A program made the position numbers and the translations under genes. A DNA stretch of 63,999 nt, filler included, from Sphaeroforma arctica JP610 (taxonomy: Eukaryota), in NCBI RefSeq assembly GCF_001186125.1. It is 7 parts of 5 records of this genome, joined end to end, with 100 filler letters (N's around TTAATTAATTAA, not from the genome) between each part and the next. Parts side by side here need not be neighbours in the genome. Positions count along the whole stretch, not along the records: positions 34,230 to 54,372 come from NW_014040520.1; 6 more parts are not named here. One strand, given 5' to 3'. Of the stretch, positions 37,836-51,507 are shown piece after piece (the stretch's first letter is position 1; each line of letters starts with the position of its first letter). A model generated the notes under the pieces. The model was given only the letters and a program-made list of their open reading frames with translations. It was not told the origin of the DNA and did no database searches.

Positions 37836-38533
37836 ATGTCCAAAGTGTTGCTAAGCGTATGGGAGAAAGGGAACGTCAAGATCACAGAGAACGACCTAAT
37901 TCTCAAAGTGTACTACTTCCCCATTGGCACAGCGCGACGAATCAAACTATCAGACATTAAGGAGGTGACTGAATTGCAGACCTCACCCTGCGATGGTGCG
38001 TCTAAGGTATGGTGAAATGGAGTATATCCCCATGCTCTGATTTATCCGAGTTTATAATATTCTGTACATTGCATGAATTGGAATCGTTGTGATTGCAAGA
38101 TTAAATCTAACAGCATACGTATATACTATAAGCGCAAAGATCACTGGACGATGGCGTGTCTAAGGTATGACTGCGCACCCTCACGCTGTGGTGTATCGAG
38201 TTGGAGTCGTTCTGCACAAAATGTATAGTAATTACTGTCAATACAGACTTAGTAGCATACGTATACCGTTGTAATTCTGGTATGAAAGAAATAGCAAATA
38301 CAACACAACACTAACCGTTCTCATCATTCTCGTACACCTCTCACCAGACATGGGGCATGACGCTGTCGCCCGTCTGGTGGCACTGGCCAGGCCACTTTGT
38401 GCGGAGTGGACCTGCACTGGTCATTCGTACCACAGCGGAGTCACCCTCGTTCTTCTCACCGGCTGCCGGTATAAGCGTTGAGGCTGGGGATATAGATTAT
38501 GTAAAGGGACTGCTAACCAAGCATATGCAATGA
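37836..38533 (+). CDS. 118-aa conserved hypothetical protein (exons 37836-38006, 38348-38533), possibly a bacterial-PH-like fold
   Basis: The spliced ORF is open: MSKVLLSVWEKGNVKITENDLILKVYYFPIGTARRIKLSDIKEV...SK|TWGMTLSPVWWHW...PAAGISVEAGDIDYVKGLLTKHMQ*; GT-AG intron in phase 0. Not in the ORF track. Confidence 0.75.
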
Positions 38534-39987
38534 ATGGTACGCCTGATACGAGGTGATACCACAAAGGACATGGAGTATGTGAAGGGTTGGTGACGACTAC
38601 ATGCAGTGATTGCAACGTACTACGTAAATGCAATCAATCGCAATTTGACACGCGGTGAGATAAGCGGCCAAGTAGAGATATAGACTATATACGAGGGTTG
38701 CTAACCAAGCGCATGCAGGCAGTGTTAGGCACGTAGGAGATGAGTGACGAGACAGAGGAATTAGAGTGTGTAAGGGGACTGCTAACTTATAGTGCAAGTT
38801 AGGTAAGATACTATATAAGCACACGGAGTGGATGTTATGGTAGACACTATACGAGATTGAGTGTAACATGCACGTCGTTTGTTTGATTTCGGGGTTGCGC
38901 TCATGTAGCTAAACCTTAACTCTGGTGTCCGGGCCGTAGCACGTACTGGGTGGCAAGTGCGGATGCGCAGTGGGTGTACCATTCGATGCGTGTTGTATGT
39001 TGCCCAGAAAGGTTAGATACGAGTGACCCATGGTTTGACATACGTATCCTATCACATGTGGTTCATAGGATACGTACGTTGGTATATCCTTGTACACATA
39101 CACACCTGAGTACTCAAGCGTAGTTCAAGTTCATACGATATGATAAATTGTGCACAGCGGCGAGGGACGATGAAGTCCATATTTCTCATGCTCGGTCATC
39201 TGGACCCGTGTTGGCCCAGTTTCCGCGATTCGAATGCATCACCCACCGCAGATAATAGAGACTGTGTATCAAAAACGTGTATATGAATCCGGTGCTGACT
39301 CCCCCTTTAGACTGATTCAGCATCCAGCGTTTGTTATAGAATCTAACATGGTACATGAATAAAACTTGTATGTTGGATCATATATATCATTATGATAATC
39401 TCATACTCCTGGCCATATAGATAGGAGAATGTGCGGTGGATATGAAGCAGAGATCATGGTAGGGAGTATAGGGTTACCTCCAGTGCCAACAAAGCAGCTA
39501 AAAACCGCCCGTTGTACGTATTTGCCAATCACGAGTTTGATGGGCAACGGAATAAAAAGAAAAGTGTCTATGGTATGTTAAGTCAGATCAGGGGAATTGA
39601 GTTTAGCTCAGAATGCTTTGATTGACTAACCATGTCCCACAGTGCCACTACGCGTAGCTTGTACGCCTGCAGTAGCACGCTACATACCATGTGGACTACC
39701 GACGCGATGGGATATAAAACTACCCGACTCACGCTACTAGTCAATATCCAAGCGTCCCCATTGGTTAATAAGTCAATATTCAAGCGCTCACATTGGCTAA
39801 TAAGAATGTATTACGGCCATCCTGAAATAAATACGATAAATCCCTACCATGTCACACCCTATGTTTAAACTATACGACTATCATATGCATCACACGCAGG
39901 TGCTGGTCCATGTACGTACAACAGGGTTACAGAATTTATTATGAAACTTTGGGATCATCTACAGATGACCCTGTCCTGGTACAACAC

Positions 39988-42900
39988 TTAGGCCTTGTTG
40001 TCCCATGCCGCTCGCTCGGCGTGCTCATTCTCCAGGCGCTTTAGACCCTCAGAGAGGTAACGCTTGTCCTGGTTAGATACGATTAGGTATACGCAGCTTA
40101 TTAGTACTCTTATTATAAATAGGGTAATGGGTTGTAAAACGTACAAGTTGTATGATAATCATACCCAGACTGCTTCAGACCTGCAAGAGAGGCAATGCGT
40201 GTCCGGGTAGATAGGAATAGCGTGAAAAGCACGTGATAGTGTTCTAGTGTCACTGGCACAAATGAATCAGTTCTACGAGTAGCCTGATGTACGAGTATGA
40301 TTCGCAAGTGCTTGTGTAGCGGGACACGAAAGTCCCTCAGAGAGGCAACGCTTTCCTGGTAGGTAAGAATCGTACACAAGAGACTTAATAGTACTCCACT
40401 GCTGCTGGGGTAATGGGTCGGATATACAGGTCACTTGCAGTATAACACACAAGATACACATAGAATGCAACTAGGTATTGAGGTGCATATACATAGCCAG
40501 AATATTCTCATGAACTCTACAAAGATGCGCGGAAAACTCGAATACTCTAAAGAGACTGATAGCTTCGTACATTAGGTAGTTGACAGGCTAATGATTGTTT
40601 ACTTCTGTGTTACATGGATGGTATTTGCACACACACACACACAAAACACGATGTTTTTACATTCCTGTGTTACTCGGATAGTATTCACATACACACACAA
40701 CCTAGAAACGGAATGTTTGTACATTTCTGTGCTACATGGATAGTATCTACACACACACACAACCTCAGTAACAGAAACCACACACACACGAACTCGATCG
40801 GACAACGGAACAATACAAAACACTCACCGATTCGTCGGTGGTCCATAGCTCCTTGGGGAGGATGGCATGCTTGGCGGACAAATCCAGCGCAACCTATTGC
40901 CATTGGTAACCAAGAAATAGTAGGGTGTGAGCATGATCATGATATGCAACCTATAACCATTGACAGACAAGATAATGTAGTGTGTGAATATAAACATACT
41001 ATGAGTTGGTAGCTATATTTCACGTCTGGTCTCGGTGATGATCAGATGTGTGTAAAGGCGACGTTGTTTGCAGGTATGCTCATGTGACAGTTATATTCCT
41101 TTACAGACATTGTTACCCATATTTTTCAGATAAATAATACAAATATATTGTAAATTTAGTCATGACCTCAACGCCAGTGCAGAGTGCGGCATACGACAGC
41201 GGTTAAAATGCGAGCGGAAGTCTAACCCGAATGACTCGCATATCACGTAGATAAGTACAGACAGCCATTACAGCACGCACTAACTATGTGGTCGATTATC
41301 AAGGTGCACGTGATATGGACGTATTGCAATATATAATATATATATATATACATACACACCTACATGAAACCTACACGCACAAATTCAACACAAATTGGGA
41401 TTCTACAGCAATGGCGAGCATGTATATAAAAGGTATACACAGTTAGATATTAGTACACAAGCACACACCTTCATTCTGAACTTTCGGTCGTACTGCTCCT
41501 CGGACGAAAGGCGAGCGATGGCAGCCTTATTGTGGTTCGCCTCCTCCATACAAATATCCTCATATCTCAAACCTAATACGTAGACAATATATAAACATAT
41601 AAATAAAAAAATACAGAAAGAAATATATACATATGCGATTAGTGCCACCAAGAGACTGTTGACAACATAAGTGGACCAGCCTAGCACATTCATGTTTATG
41701 TATGTTAAATCCTACACTCGGGGGGGGGGGGGGGGTGGCACATAAGAGCACTATTCAGGTGTGTGTGTATGTTCAAACTTACAGCTGGTGGGGCATATAT
41801 TGAAGTAAATCACAAAAGTACAACTGAGCTACTGAAAGTCCCAAGCATGTCGTTGGTACAATAAGATCGAGCACGTGCAAGATCAAGTTGGAAACTACAG
41901 CACTGGGACATCGCAACGGTCATAGGCCTTACACACATGACACAAACACAATGTAGTAACCATAATACCGGTCTCATCGTATCATACTTGGGGGTCAACT
42001 GTGAGGTTATAGATCAGATAAACATCCTAATGTTTTGGATAGTCATCGAAGGTGACAAACACACTCTCGCACAAACAAATATTAATACATATACAAGTAT
42101 ATATATTGGTTACAGTCATCGAAGGTGAAAAATACATACTCGCAGATAAATATATAAGTATACATTGTTATTCAACAAGCGTGTTTCTGTAAAACAAAGA
42201 ACTGTCTAGAATAGGTATATACTAACATTAATGAAGCAAACGTGATATGGCATTATCTACGAAAGTACAGATAGCTGGGAATATCTAAACAGAAAATTAA
42301 TCCATAGCACGGCTAGCCCAATGAACTGATCTTCAGATTCAGATATAATGTTTAGGAACACGTATTAAATCAAGCACATACTAAGCATATTCGTATATAT
42401 AAATTAAGATAAGTTTATATTCACAAAAAACATCTCCATATGACATGTATACATGATATACAGAAACACAATCGTATACACATGAGGATAATATATACAA
42501 GTAAACATATATACATACATCTATATATATACACACACACACATATATATATACTTAAATACATGCAAGCACGTATGTATGAATATACATACATATACTT
42601 ATATATATATATTATTTTTATTTATACATATCGATATATATGACAATATATATATAGATAAATGCATATAAATATAACATATATGCACACATCCATACAT
42701 GCATACATATATCTATAAGTATATCCATTAAAACAGCTATAAACGAGAATATAGAAGAAATTCAACCGTCAATCTCTCCAAAAGAACCCTATAGTTATAG
42801 TTCAGTAGACATTGATATGACTACGCCAAAAACACGCAACCACTAAGGAAGATCCAATTACGATTGATTATTGCACATTCACGTGGTACATTGTATTCTG

Positions 42901-42994
42901 TAGTTGCCTATACGTACATTGTCATTCACATACCGTATTTTCTATATCCGGACTTGTTCACTGCCCAACGGCGTACAGCTTGTAGCAAACTCAT
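39988..42994 (-). CDS. UQCRB: Cytochrome b-c1 complex subunit 7 (exons 42994-42934, 41572-41469, 40893-40828, 40068-39988; 103 aa)
   Basis: MSLLQAVRRWAVNKSGYRKYG|LRYEDICMEE...AIARLSSEEQYDRKFRMK|VALDLSAKHAILPKELWT...|DKRYL...ERAAWDNKA*; all introns GT-AG and in frame. Confidence 0.93.
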
Positions 42995-43749
42995 GACTGT
43001 CTAAGTATGAATTAATAAGCTCTCGTATCAACCACGTATATGCTACTACTAGTGTTCGATGTAGTTGCACATGAGATGTATATAGTTAAAAACAGTAATA
43101 AAATATATCACAAATATGTACAGCCAGTCCTCATTCATATTTACAATCAGACAGACAGAACGGGAGTCTATTTTTAGAACTAGAACCGAGAGACTCTGAG
43201 AGTCGCAAGTGGACAGTATCTTTCTGAATTTGGGACATTTTATTTTAAAGAAAATTTAAAAAAAATAATGCTGGACCCGAATCAAAAGAAGGACAAATAA
43301 AGAGACATTCTATTTTTGAAATATCGTTGTTCTCTTGGGTTTAGGGTTGCCTATATATAATTATTTTGTGTTTTTGTTAAGGCTATGTATTTTGTATATG
43401 TATGTAGCACGTTGACATATGGTACGTTCAGATTGCTCATAGTATTTACCACTAGGGGTTTTGCATGACTCTTGCGACCGTCGCAGAGTCCTTTGCAACT
43501 GATAGAACTGATGCTGGTGACAATATCGTAGCGCACAGACCAGTTTAGTAGTGCATTAAACCGGCCCAGGGCACACCTCATTAGACAGTACAAACAAACC
43601 ATGTGACTGTTTCACACCAAGGGATACTTAGTCGAGTTTATTCGCTACCTACGGGAACATGGACTGGGGCAGTGTGTATTGCTATTGTACTGTGGAAAGA
43701 GTATTAAAGAACAGTCTGTAATTATCAGGTTAATAGTGTATAAAAATGA

Positions 43750-44235
43750 ACTTCCGAGTAGGAAGGAGTGGTGGCAATCAAAGCTAAATATAAAAATTAA
43801 TAGTGAGTAGGTATACACTTCCTAGTTGGAAGGTTTTATGACAATCAAAGCTAGATGTCAAGCTAACAGTGAATAAATATACACTCCCTAGTAGGAAGGG
43901 GTGATGACAATCAAAGCTAAATGTAAAAGTTAACAGTGAATATAGACGGAGTGGTGACTATCAAAGCTAAATGTAAAAGTTAACAGTGAATAAGTATACA
44001 CATCCTAGTAGGAATGAGTGGTGACTATCAAAGCTATATGTAATAGTTAACAGTGAATAAGTATAAACTTCCTAGTAGAAAGGAGTGGTGACTATCAAAG
44101 CTAAATGTAATAGTTAACAGTGAATAAGTATACACTTCCTAGTAGAAAGGAGTGGTGACTATCAAAGCTAAATGTCAAATAAACAGTGAGTAAATATACA
44201 CTTCCTAGTAGTAATGAGTGGTGACTATTGAAGCC
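43750..44235. repeat. ~67-bp minisatellite, about 7 copies
   Basis: Unit CTATCAAAGCTAAATGT...CCTAGTAG...GTGGTGA; copy starts at 43958, 44025, 44092 and 44159. Confidence 0.9.
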
Positions 44236-44770
44236 AAGTCAATCCGGTGAGATTATATCACTCAGATGTGTAAAACATTACACAGAATGTGCCACTCTGA
44301 ACCTTGACAATCGAACCGTCTCCTTAGGCCGACTGACTACACACACAGCAATCCACTATGGGAAACTTTGAAGCCTATGGTAATCAATAACTACTTTAAA
44401 AGTGTATGGAAATCAACAACGTTATACATATGCTCACTCTACAGTTTAGAACGGATTAACATATGTATGTCACGTATGTTTGCAGTACAGTATCCGCGAA
44501 GGTGCACTAGACTGCTTAGTTGGGCCACATTATTGCTTTATTGCTTTGTTTTTGCGGCTTCAAATAGTTAGCCTGGCGTGTTGTGATATTTTTGATAACA
44601 ATTCTGTTGAACATCTGCAATGATAAACTGTCAAAGTCAATATTTCTTGACATTTAAAATAGTCATTTGAGTACAGTGTCTGCTTTGTTTCATCGAGAAG
44701 TCTTCGGTATAGTGACACCAATCCAAACAACTAGTTAACAATTAGTTTTAATAATTAGTTCATTATTGGG

Positions 44771-45087
44771 TCACAGGGCCTGTCGGGCTCCCTCCATAGT
44801 CTGGTTGATCACATCCTGCATCATCTCTTGCGCAAACTTCAGCGCGTAGTCGCGTTCTAATTGTTCAGCCTCTTCTTTCTTCGTGCCCAATACCAGACGC
44901 TTCACTCCAGTCGCGAGTGTATTGGTACTCTTCACACTGCCGAATATATAGACGAATGGGGTTATGACGTGGTATATGAGGACATGTGTATGTATTTTAA
45001 AGTTTACCAAGTTTACTAATTGATTTGCATGTGTGTATTTACATACATACATACATACATGCATATANNNNNNNNNNNNNNNNNNNN

Positions 45088-45139
<52 letters not shown>

Positions 45140-48100
45140 AATATATACATATTACACACACATAGATTATCGCTCTTACGGCATAAAATCTACGACGAAA
45201 GCGTATAGAAACATAAAAACCCTAAACCCCAAACAACCGTAAAGGACACAAACCACACACGCACAGTACTGCAGCCTGAAGTACTTACCACTCTCCATCC
45301 TCATCGTACGCCAGGATCGCCCCACTTTCCTTGTTGCCCATCCCCTCCGCTATGCGATTGAACACGCCCAGCTCATTCACCACACCCATGGTCAGCCGAG
45401 ACTGTGATACGGTGGGCGCGTGCACACGCTCGTACGAGGACAGCTTCCATTTCTGGTCCGAGAGACTCTCGCTATCGGATGGCGACAGAGTGAGTGTCAG
45501 CGCATGAGGTACACTCGAATGGGTATGGTAAATGGAACAGGAACGGAACCGGCGAATGAAACTACACTGACTCCTAGTTTTAATGGCGAGACATTCGACC
45601 CATATCTCTCACAATGTACAGCGTATACGCCTGGATTTGGTCATGGCGCGTACAAAACATATTCCATATATGGTGATTATACCTACCTGGATACCTGCGC
45701 CAGCCGTCCGGCCTGAGCGGCGGCGATATTACTCCCCGCATCGTCCAGGTCCCAATCGGCATCTGAGTCAAAGGATCGGCGGTAGAACATCGTGGGGAAA
45801 ATCTCTTTAATCCGGTCACCCAGTTTCCTCCGATCCCTACGGGAATATGTGTGCACCGGTGTACGTGTGTGTATGCCTACGTTTAACTGGTCTGTGAATG
45901 CTATACGTTTACGTTTAACGGGTCTGTGAATGCACCGGTTTACAAATATGTTCAACGATACAATGCCAGCATAAAACCGGCGGTAGAAAATGGTGGGGAA
46001 GAACACTCTAACTCGGTCGCCCATTGTACTCTGATCTGTGCGGAGATAGGTGTGTTCGTGTGCACGTTTGTATATGTATACGTTCAATGATCTGTGCATG
46101 TACGCGTACACCTCTACATGTACCGAAGCATTACCAGTGTACTCTGATCTGTGAGGAGATAGGCGTGTACGTGTGTACGTTTGTATATGTATACGTTCAA
46201 TGATCTGTGCATGTACGCGTACACCTCTACATGTACCGAAACATTACCAGTGTACTCTGATCTGTGAGGAGATAGGCGTGTACATGTGTACGTTTGTATA
46301 TGTATACGTTCAATGATCTGTGCATGTACGCATACACCTTTACATGTACCGAAACATTACCAGTGTACTCTCTGATCTGTGAGGAGATAGGCGTGTACGT
46401 GTGTACGTTTGTATATGTATACGTTCAATGATCTGTGCATGTACGCGTACACTTCTATATGTACCGAAACATTGCCAGTGTGACATGCAAAGCAGGGTGA
46501 TAGCAATAATTACAGTAGAGCATGCCTATAAAAACCCTACGCACCTGAGCAATTGAAAACCCTACGCACCTGAGCAATTAAAACCCCTACGCACCTGAGT
46601 AATTCTCCATCCATAAATAGGCTGTCCACATCGGTCCTCTTGTCGACCACCTGCCACTCACCAACCGTTGCTACAGCTCGATCTGTGGCATTTCAGAAAG
46701 GATGACAACAACCCGTGAATACACGCACCACAGTGCAATATCACTGTCTCCAATAAGCAGGGTGGGGTACTATTAAATTTAGATGGTAGATGACCACGGG
46801 GTGATAACTGGTACATGCCCTCTATGTATGTGCACATGTCTATAGGCATACAGATAGAATACAAACGGGTGCATCATGACGTATATCGGACAGGACCTTT
46901 CTCTGCTAAAGGCCATGTTTGGTGAAACAGGGTTCGTTCCGATTTATGTCACATGACACGTTGTGTGACAACCACGTGAGAATGATTTAGTGTCACAATA
47001 GGGACAGGGTAAAAGAATTGGGAATGGATGACGTCGCAAATTAAAAACAGGTAAAACGAATGGGAATAACTGAAGTAGCAGATTGGGAACAGGGTAAAAT
47101 GATTGGGAACAGGATAAAAGAATGGGAATTATCAAATCGTGAATCAGAAATAGAATGTCAAGGAATGTGTTTATATTTGTAGTGATTCAATCGGTTATAT
47201 ATACGCTGAAAAAGGAATCCTTAGTACACTCCTTTAAAGATACAAATGAACAATACACGTACATGCACACTCTGTTACGGACAAATGACTTACTGCCATG
47301 CCATAGCTTGTCGGCCTCTTTGGCCATGGCGCCGCACAGCTGACGAAACACATCGCTGCGCAGAAACTGTTGGAAGTAGTTCTCCTCCATCACCTCGAAC
47401 GTATATCTGTACATGTTACACGTATGAGTGAGTGTGTATATCTGTACATGTTTGAGTGAGTGAGCGTGTATATATGTATACGTATGAGTGGGTGAAAGTA
47501 TATATATGTACACGTACTAGTGGGCGAGTGTGCATATATGTACACGTATGAGTTGGCGAGTGTGTACAACTGTTTAGGTGTGAGTGAGTGAATGTGTATA
47601 TCTGTACATAATAATTCACTCTTATTGAAGTATACATGATGTCGCACTCTTATTACGTAAATATAGTGATTCACACTTATCTGAGCATACATAACATTCA
47701 CTTTTATTTAATTATACTTGGTGTCTCACTTATATTCAGGAAAACATAGTGATTCACACTTATCTAAGAGTACGTAACACTCACTTTTAATTGAATTATA
47801 CATGATGTCTCACTCGTATTTACGTAAACATAGTGATTCACTCTTATCTAAGCATACTCAACATTCACTTTTATTTAATTATACATGGTGTCTCACTCAT
47901 ATTTACGTAAACATAGTGATTTACACTTATCTAAGCATACATAACATTCACTTTTATTTTAATTATACATTATGTCTCACTCTTATTTACGTAAACATAC
48001 ACCTAAGACACTGAAGACATTTACCACCACTCATACACACCCCTCACCCCCATGCAGCCTCACACACACACACACACCGTTGTGCGCCCTCGAAGCACCC

Positions 48101-49536
48101 CATCGAGGGCCCGTTCTGCCCTGATATGCTCAGCTCCACTTCTGTCCTTACGTCCGGTCCCACATTAACCGGACGGTACGCTTGCCACGACAGGAAGCGC
48201 TCGTACAGAGACATCGCACTCTCCTGCGCATCGGTCCTGAACTGCCGGGCCATTTTAGCCCTGTCCTCGTCTGGACAGGTGCGCGAGGCATCGAGACAAA
48301 CCTGTTTGGTAGGTGGGTATAAGGAGAGTGGGTATAGGGAGTTGACTGGGAATATACGAGTATGCGGGGGCGGACCTGGGGCGTGGGCTGGGATTCGAAA
48401 TACACGTTCAATCTCCGGTGAAGTACGTTTACGCATTCAATGAATGCGCACAATCGGTACAGGTGACCCATGTACAACGTACTACATACTCTGATGTTAT
48501 CTCTGATATTGAGCTGTGCTCCAATGTGTGGTAATCTCAGAGTACTACATATACTGAGGTGTTTTCGCATCAGCACCACATATGCTGAGGTGTTCTCGCA
48601 TTAAACTCAAAGCACCACATATACTGAGGTGATCGGACTGTCCTATTGACAAAGTTTCGGGGCATGTCCGGAATGTCAGGGCGGAGGTGCAGAGGCATTA
48701 AATACCTTGTGCTGGTACAGCAGATCTTTGAAATTGCGTGCACTCAGCCAAAACGACAGCAGGTCTTTCGGCTCCGTCTACATACAGCGGAGAGTGAGGC
48801 AAAAACAGGACAGTGGGTGTTAACAACAGGACAGTGTGTGTTAACAACAGGGCAGGTGTTACAGTTACAGCGGACATTAGAGGAAAAACAGGACAGTGGG
48901 CGTTAACAATGTGTTAACAACAGGACAGTGTGTGCTAACAACAGGACAGTGGGTGTTAACAACAGGACAGGTGGTACAAATATAGAAGAGGATGTTGCAA
49001 CCACAGGGCACGGTGGTACTGCAATAGCTATGGGTGGTGAGAAATGGAATAGGATGCCACAAGAACAGGAAAACGGGGCCATGTACCGAGATAGTATTGC
49101 TTTGTAACTTTAAAACTTTAACTTTATAACTTTACGACTTTATAACTTTATTACTTGACTCAGATGGTGTTCGGTACATCTTGGCGTTAGAATACACAAC
49201 CGAGTCACAACGAATCATTGAGTTCAGGTCCGCCGGCTCGGTCTGAGTGCTACGAAAACTACAAAGCTGAATGAAGTATGACAGTTTATAATGATGGTAC
49301 AACAAGCGCGTGCGTGGGTTGGCATCACGTTTACTTCTTTCCTTAAGATGCCTACTCATGTAGTAGCTCATATATGGTAAGAGATGACGCAGCACTTTCC
49401 GTTTATATGCGGTAGTATGCAGACATACAGCATACGGGCACAGACACGGACACAGAAACAGACACAGACACAGACGCAGTCACAGACGTAGACACAGACA
49501 CAGACACAGAAACAGACAGAGACACAGAAACAGACA

Positions 49537-49623
<87 letters not shown>

Positions 49624-51417
49624 CATATATATATATATATACAAATATGTTCGGATTCACAAACATACACTCACATTAAATCAACCGCTGTACTTAAAAG
49701 GTACACACCCGAGTGACTTGCACCACACATCCACATACCCCCTCAAACGGCACCGCCTTAGCCGATGACATGTAGGCAGTGAAGTGTGTTAGCAGATGAT
49801 CGTTGTTCAGTAGGTCTAATAAGGTGTATGTTTCACCGGATAGCTCCTGGAGGGGTGGTATATAGTCAGTATATCAGTGTTCCTATATATGCACACAGTT
49901 ATAAATGCTTGCCTGTGGTTCTGCGTCGGGTCTGCGATGAATTCGTGGACACTTGCGCGAGTAGATAGCTGTGATTGTACAAAGTCAATGGCTGTGATTG
50001 ACAAGAATGTGTCAGTGATTGACAAGAATGTGTCAGTGATTGACAAGAATGTATCAGTGATTGACAAGAATGTGTCAGTGATTAACAAGAATGTGCCACT
50101 CATAGCGATGTATGATGACTTTACGATATGTGCTTTAACTAGTTAACTAGAAGCCTTATCGACGATATGTTTTGGTTTTGCCTTTATATTATTTTTATAT
50201 TTAACCGCAGCTCTGAGCTCATAATATGTTCTTTTATTGAAATAATCTCATACACAAGGTGACACATATATTTCAGAACATGTTGCCGCAGCTCTCAACA
50301 CGTCACACACTAAACAGAACGGATGAAAAATAAAATAAAATAAAATGAATAATAAAGAATAGGCCATAAATATCTGCTACAATTACTTCAAGATAATAAA
50401 CACGTGAGCATTTGTTGCATGTATAGCAACTATATATGATGGTGATGGTCGTTAACGTCACTGTCTGTGTGTGACATGCACAACTATATATAACAGTGCC
50501 CATTCGCGTTACAAGTGTATGCGCGTAGTGTATGTCCCCGTCTTTGTGACACTTATGTAAATTTTCACCTGTCATATATTGTACAGCTTAATACCACAGC
50601 CCACAATTTCCAAATAAGAGCATGTCATGACCCACAAACCCTAAACCCGGCAATTATTGACTGTACAGCGCAGACATACCTCGAGTAGATAGGAGCTGTA
50701 GAACGGGCTGGATTGATATCTGCTGAAGTATACTCGGTCCAACGTACGGAAGCACAGCTCCTGCAGTCAGAAAGAGACAACCAGATACATGCATGCACAC
50801 TTTATTTTTTAGACAGGTCAGTTGGGCNNNNNNNNNNNNNNNNNNNNNNNNNNNNNNNNNNNNNNNNNNNNNNNNNNNNNNNNNNNNNNNNNNNNNNNNN
50901 NNNNNNNNNNNNNNNNNNNNNNNNNNNNNNNNNNNNNNNNNNNNNNNNNNNNNNNNNNNNNNNNNNNNNNNNNNNNNNNNNNNNNNNNNNNNNNNNNNNN
51001 NNNNNNNNNNNNNNNNNNNNNNNNNNNNNNNNNNNNNNNNNNNNNNNNNNNNNNNNNNNNNNNNNNNNNNNNNNNNNNNNNNNNNNNNNNNNNNNNNNNN
51101 NNNNNNNNNNNNNNNNNNNNNNNNNNNNNNNNNNNNNNNNNNNNNNNNNNNNNNNNNNNNNNNNNNNNNNNNNNNNNNNNNNNNNNNNNNNNNNNNNNNN
51201 NNNNNNNNNNNNNNNNNNNNNNNNNNNNNNNNNNNNNNNNNNNNNNNNNNNNNNNNNNNNNNNNNNNNNNNNNNNNNNNNNNNNNNNNNNNNNNNNNNNN
51301 NNNNNNNNNNNNNNNNNNNNNNNNNNNNNNNNNNNNNNNNNNNNNNNNNNNNNNNNNNNNNNNNNNNNNNNNNNNNNNNNNNNNNNNNNNNNNNNNNNNN
51401 NNNNNNNNNNNNNNNNN

Positions 51418-51507
<90 letters not shown>

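Noticed and set aside
43750..44235. Regular repeats as a CRISPR array (also 46028-46480, 63165-63539)
   Set aside because: These are head-to-tail minisatellites without unique spacers, in a eukaryotic context with no cas genes.
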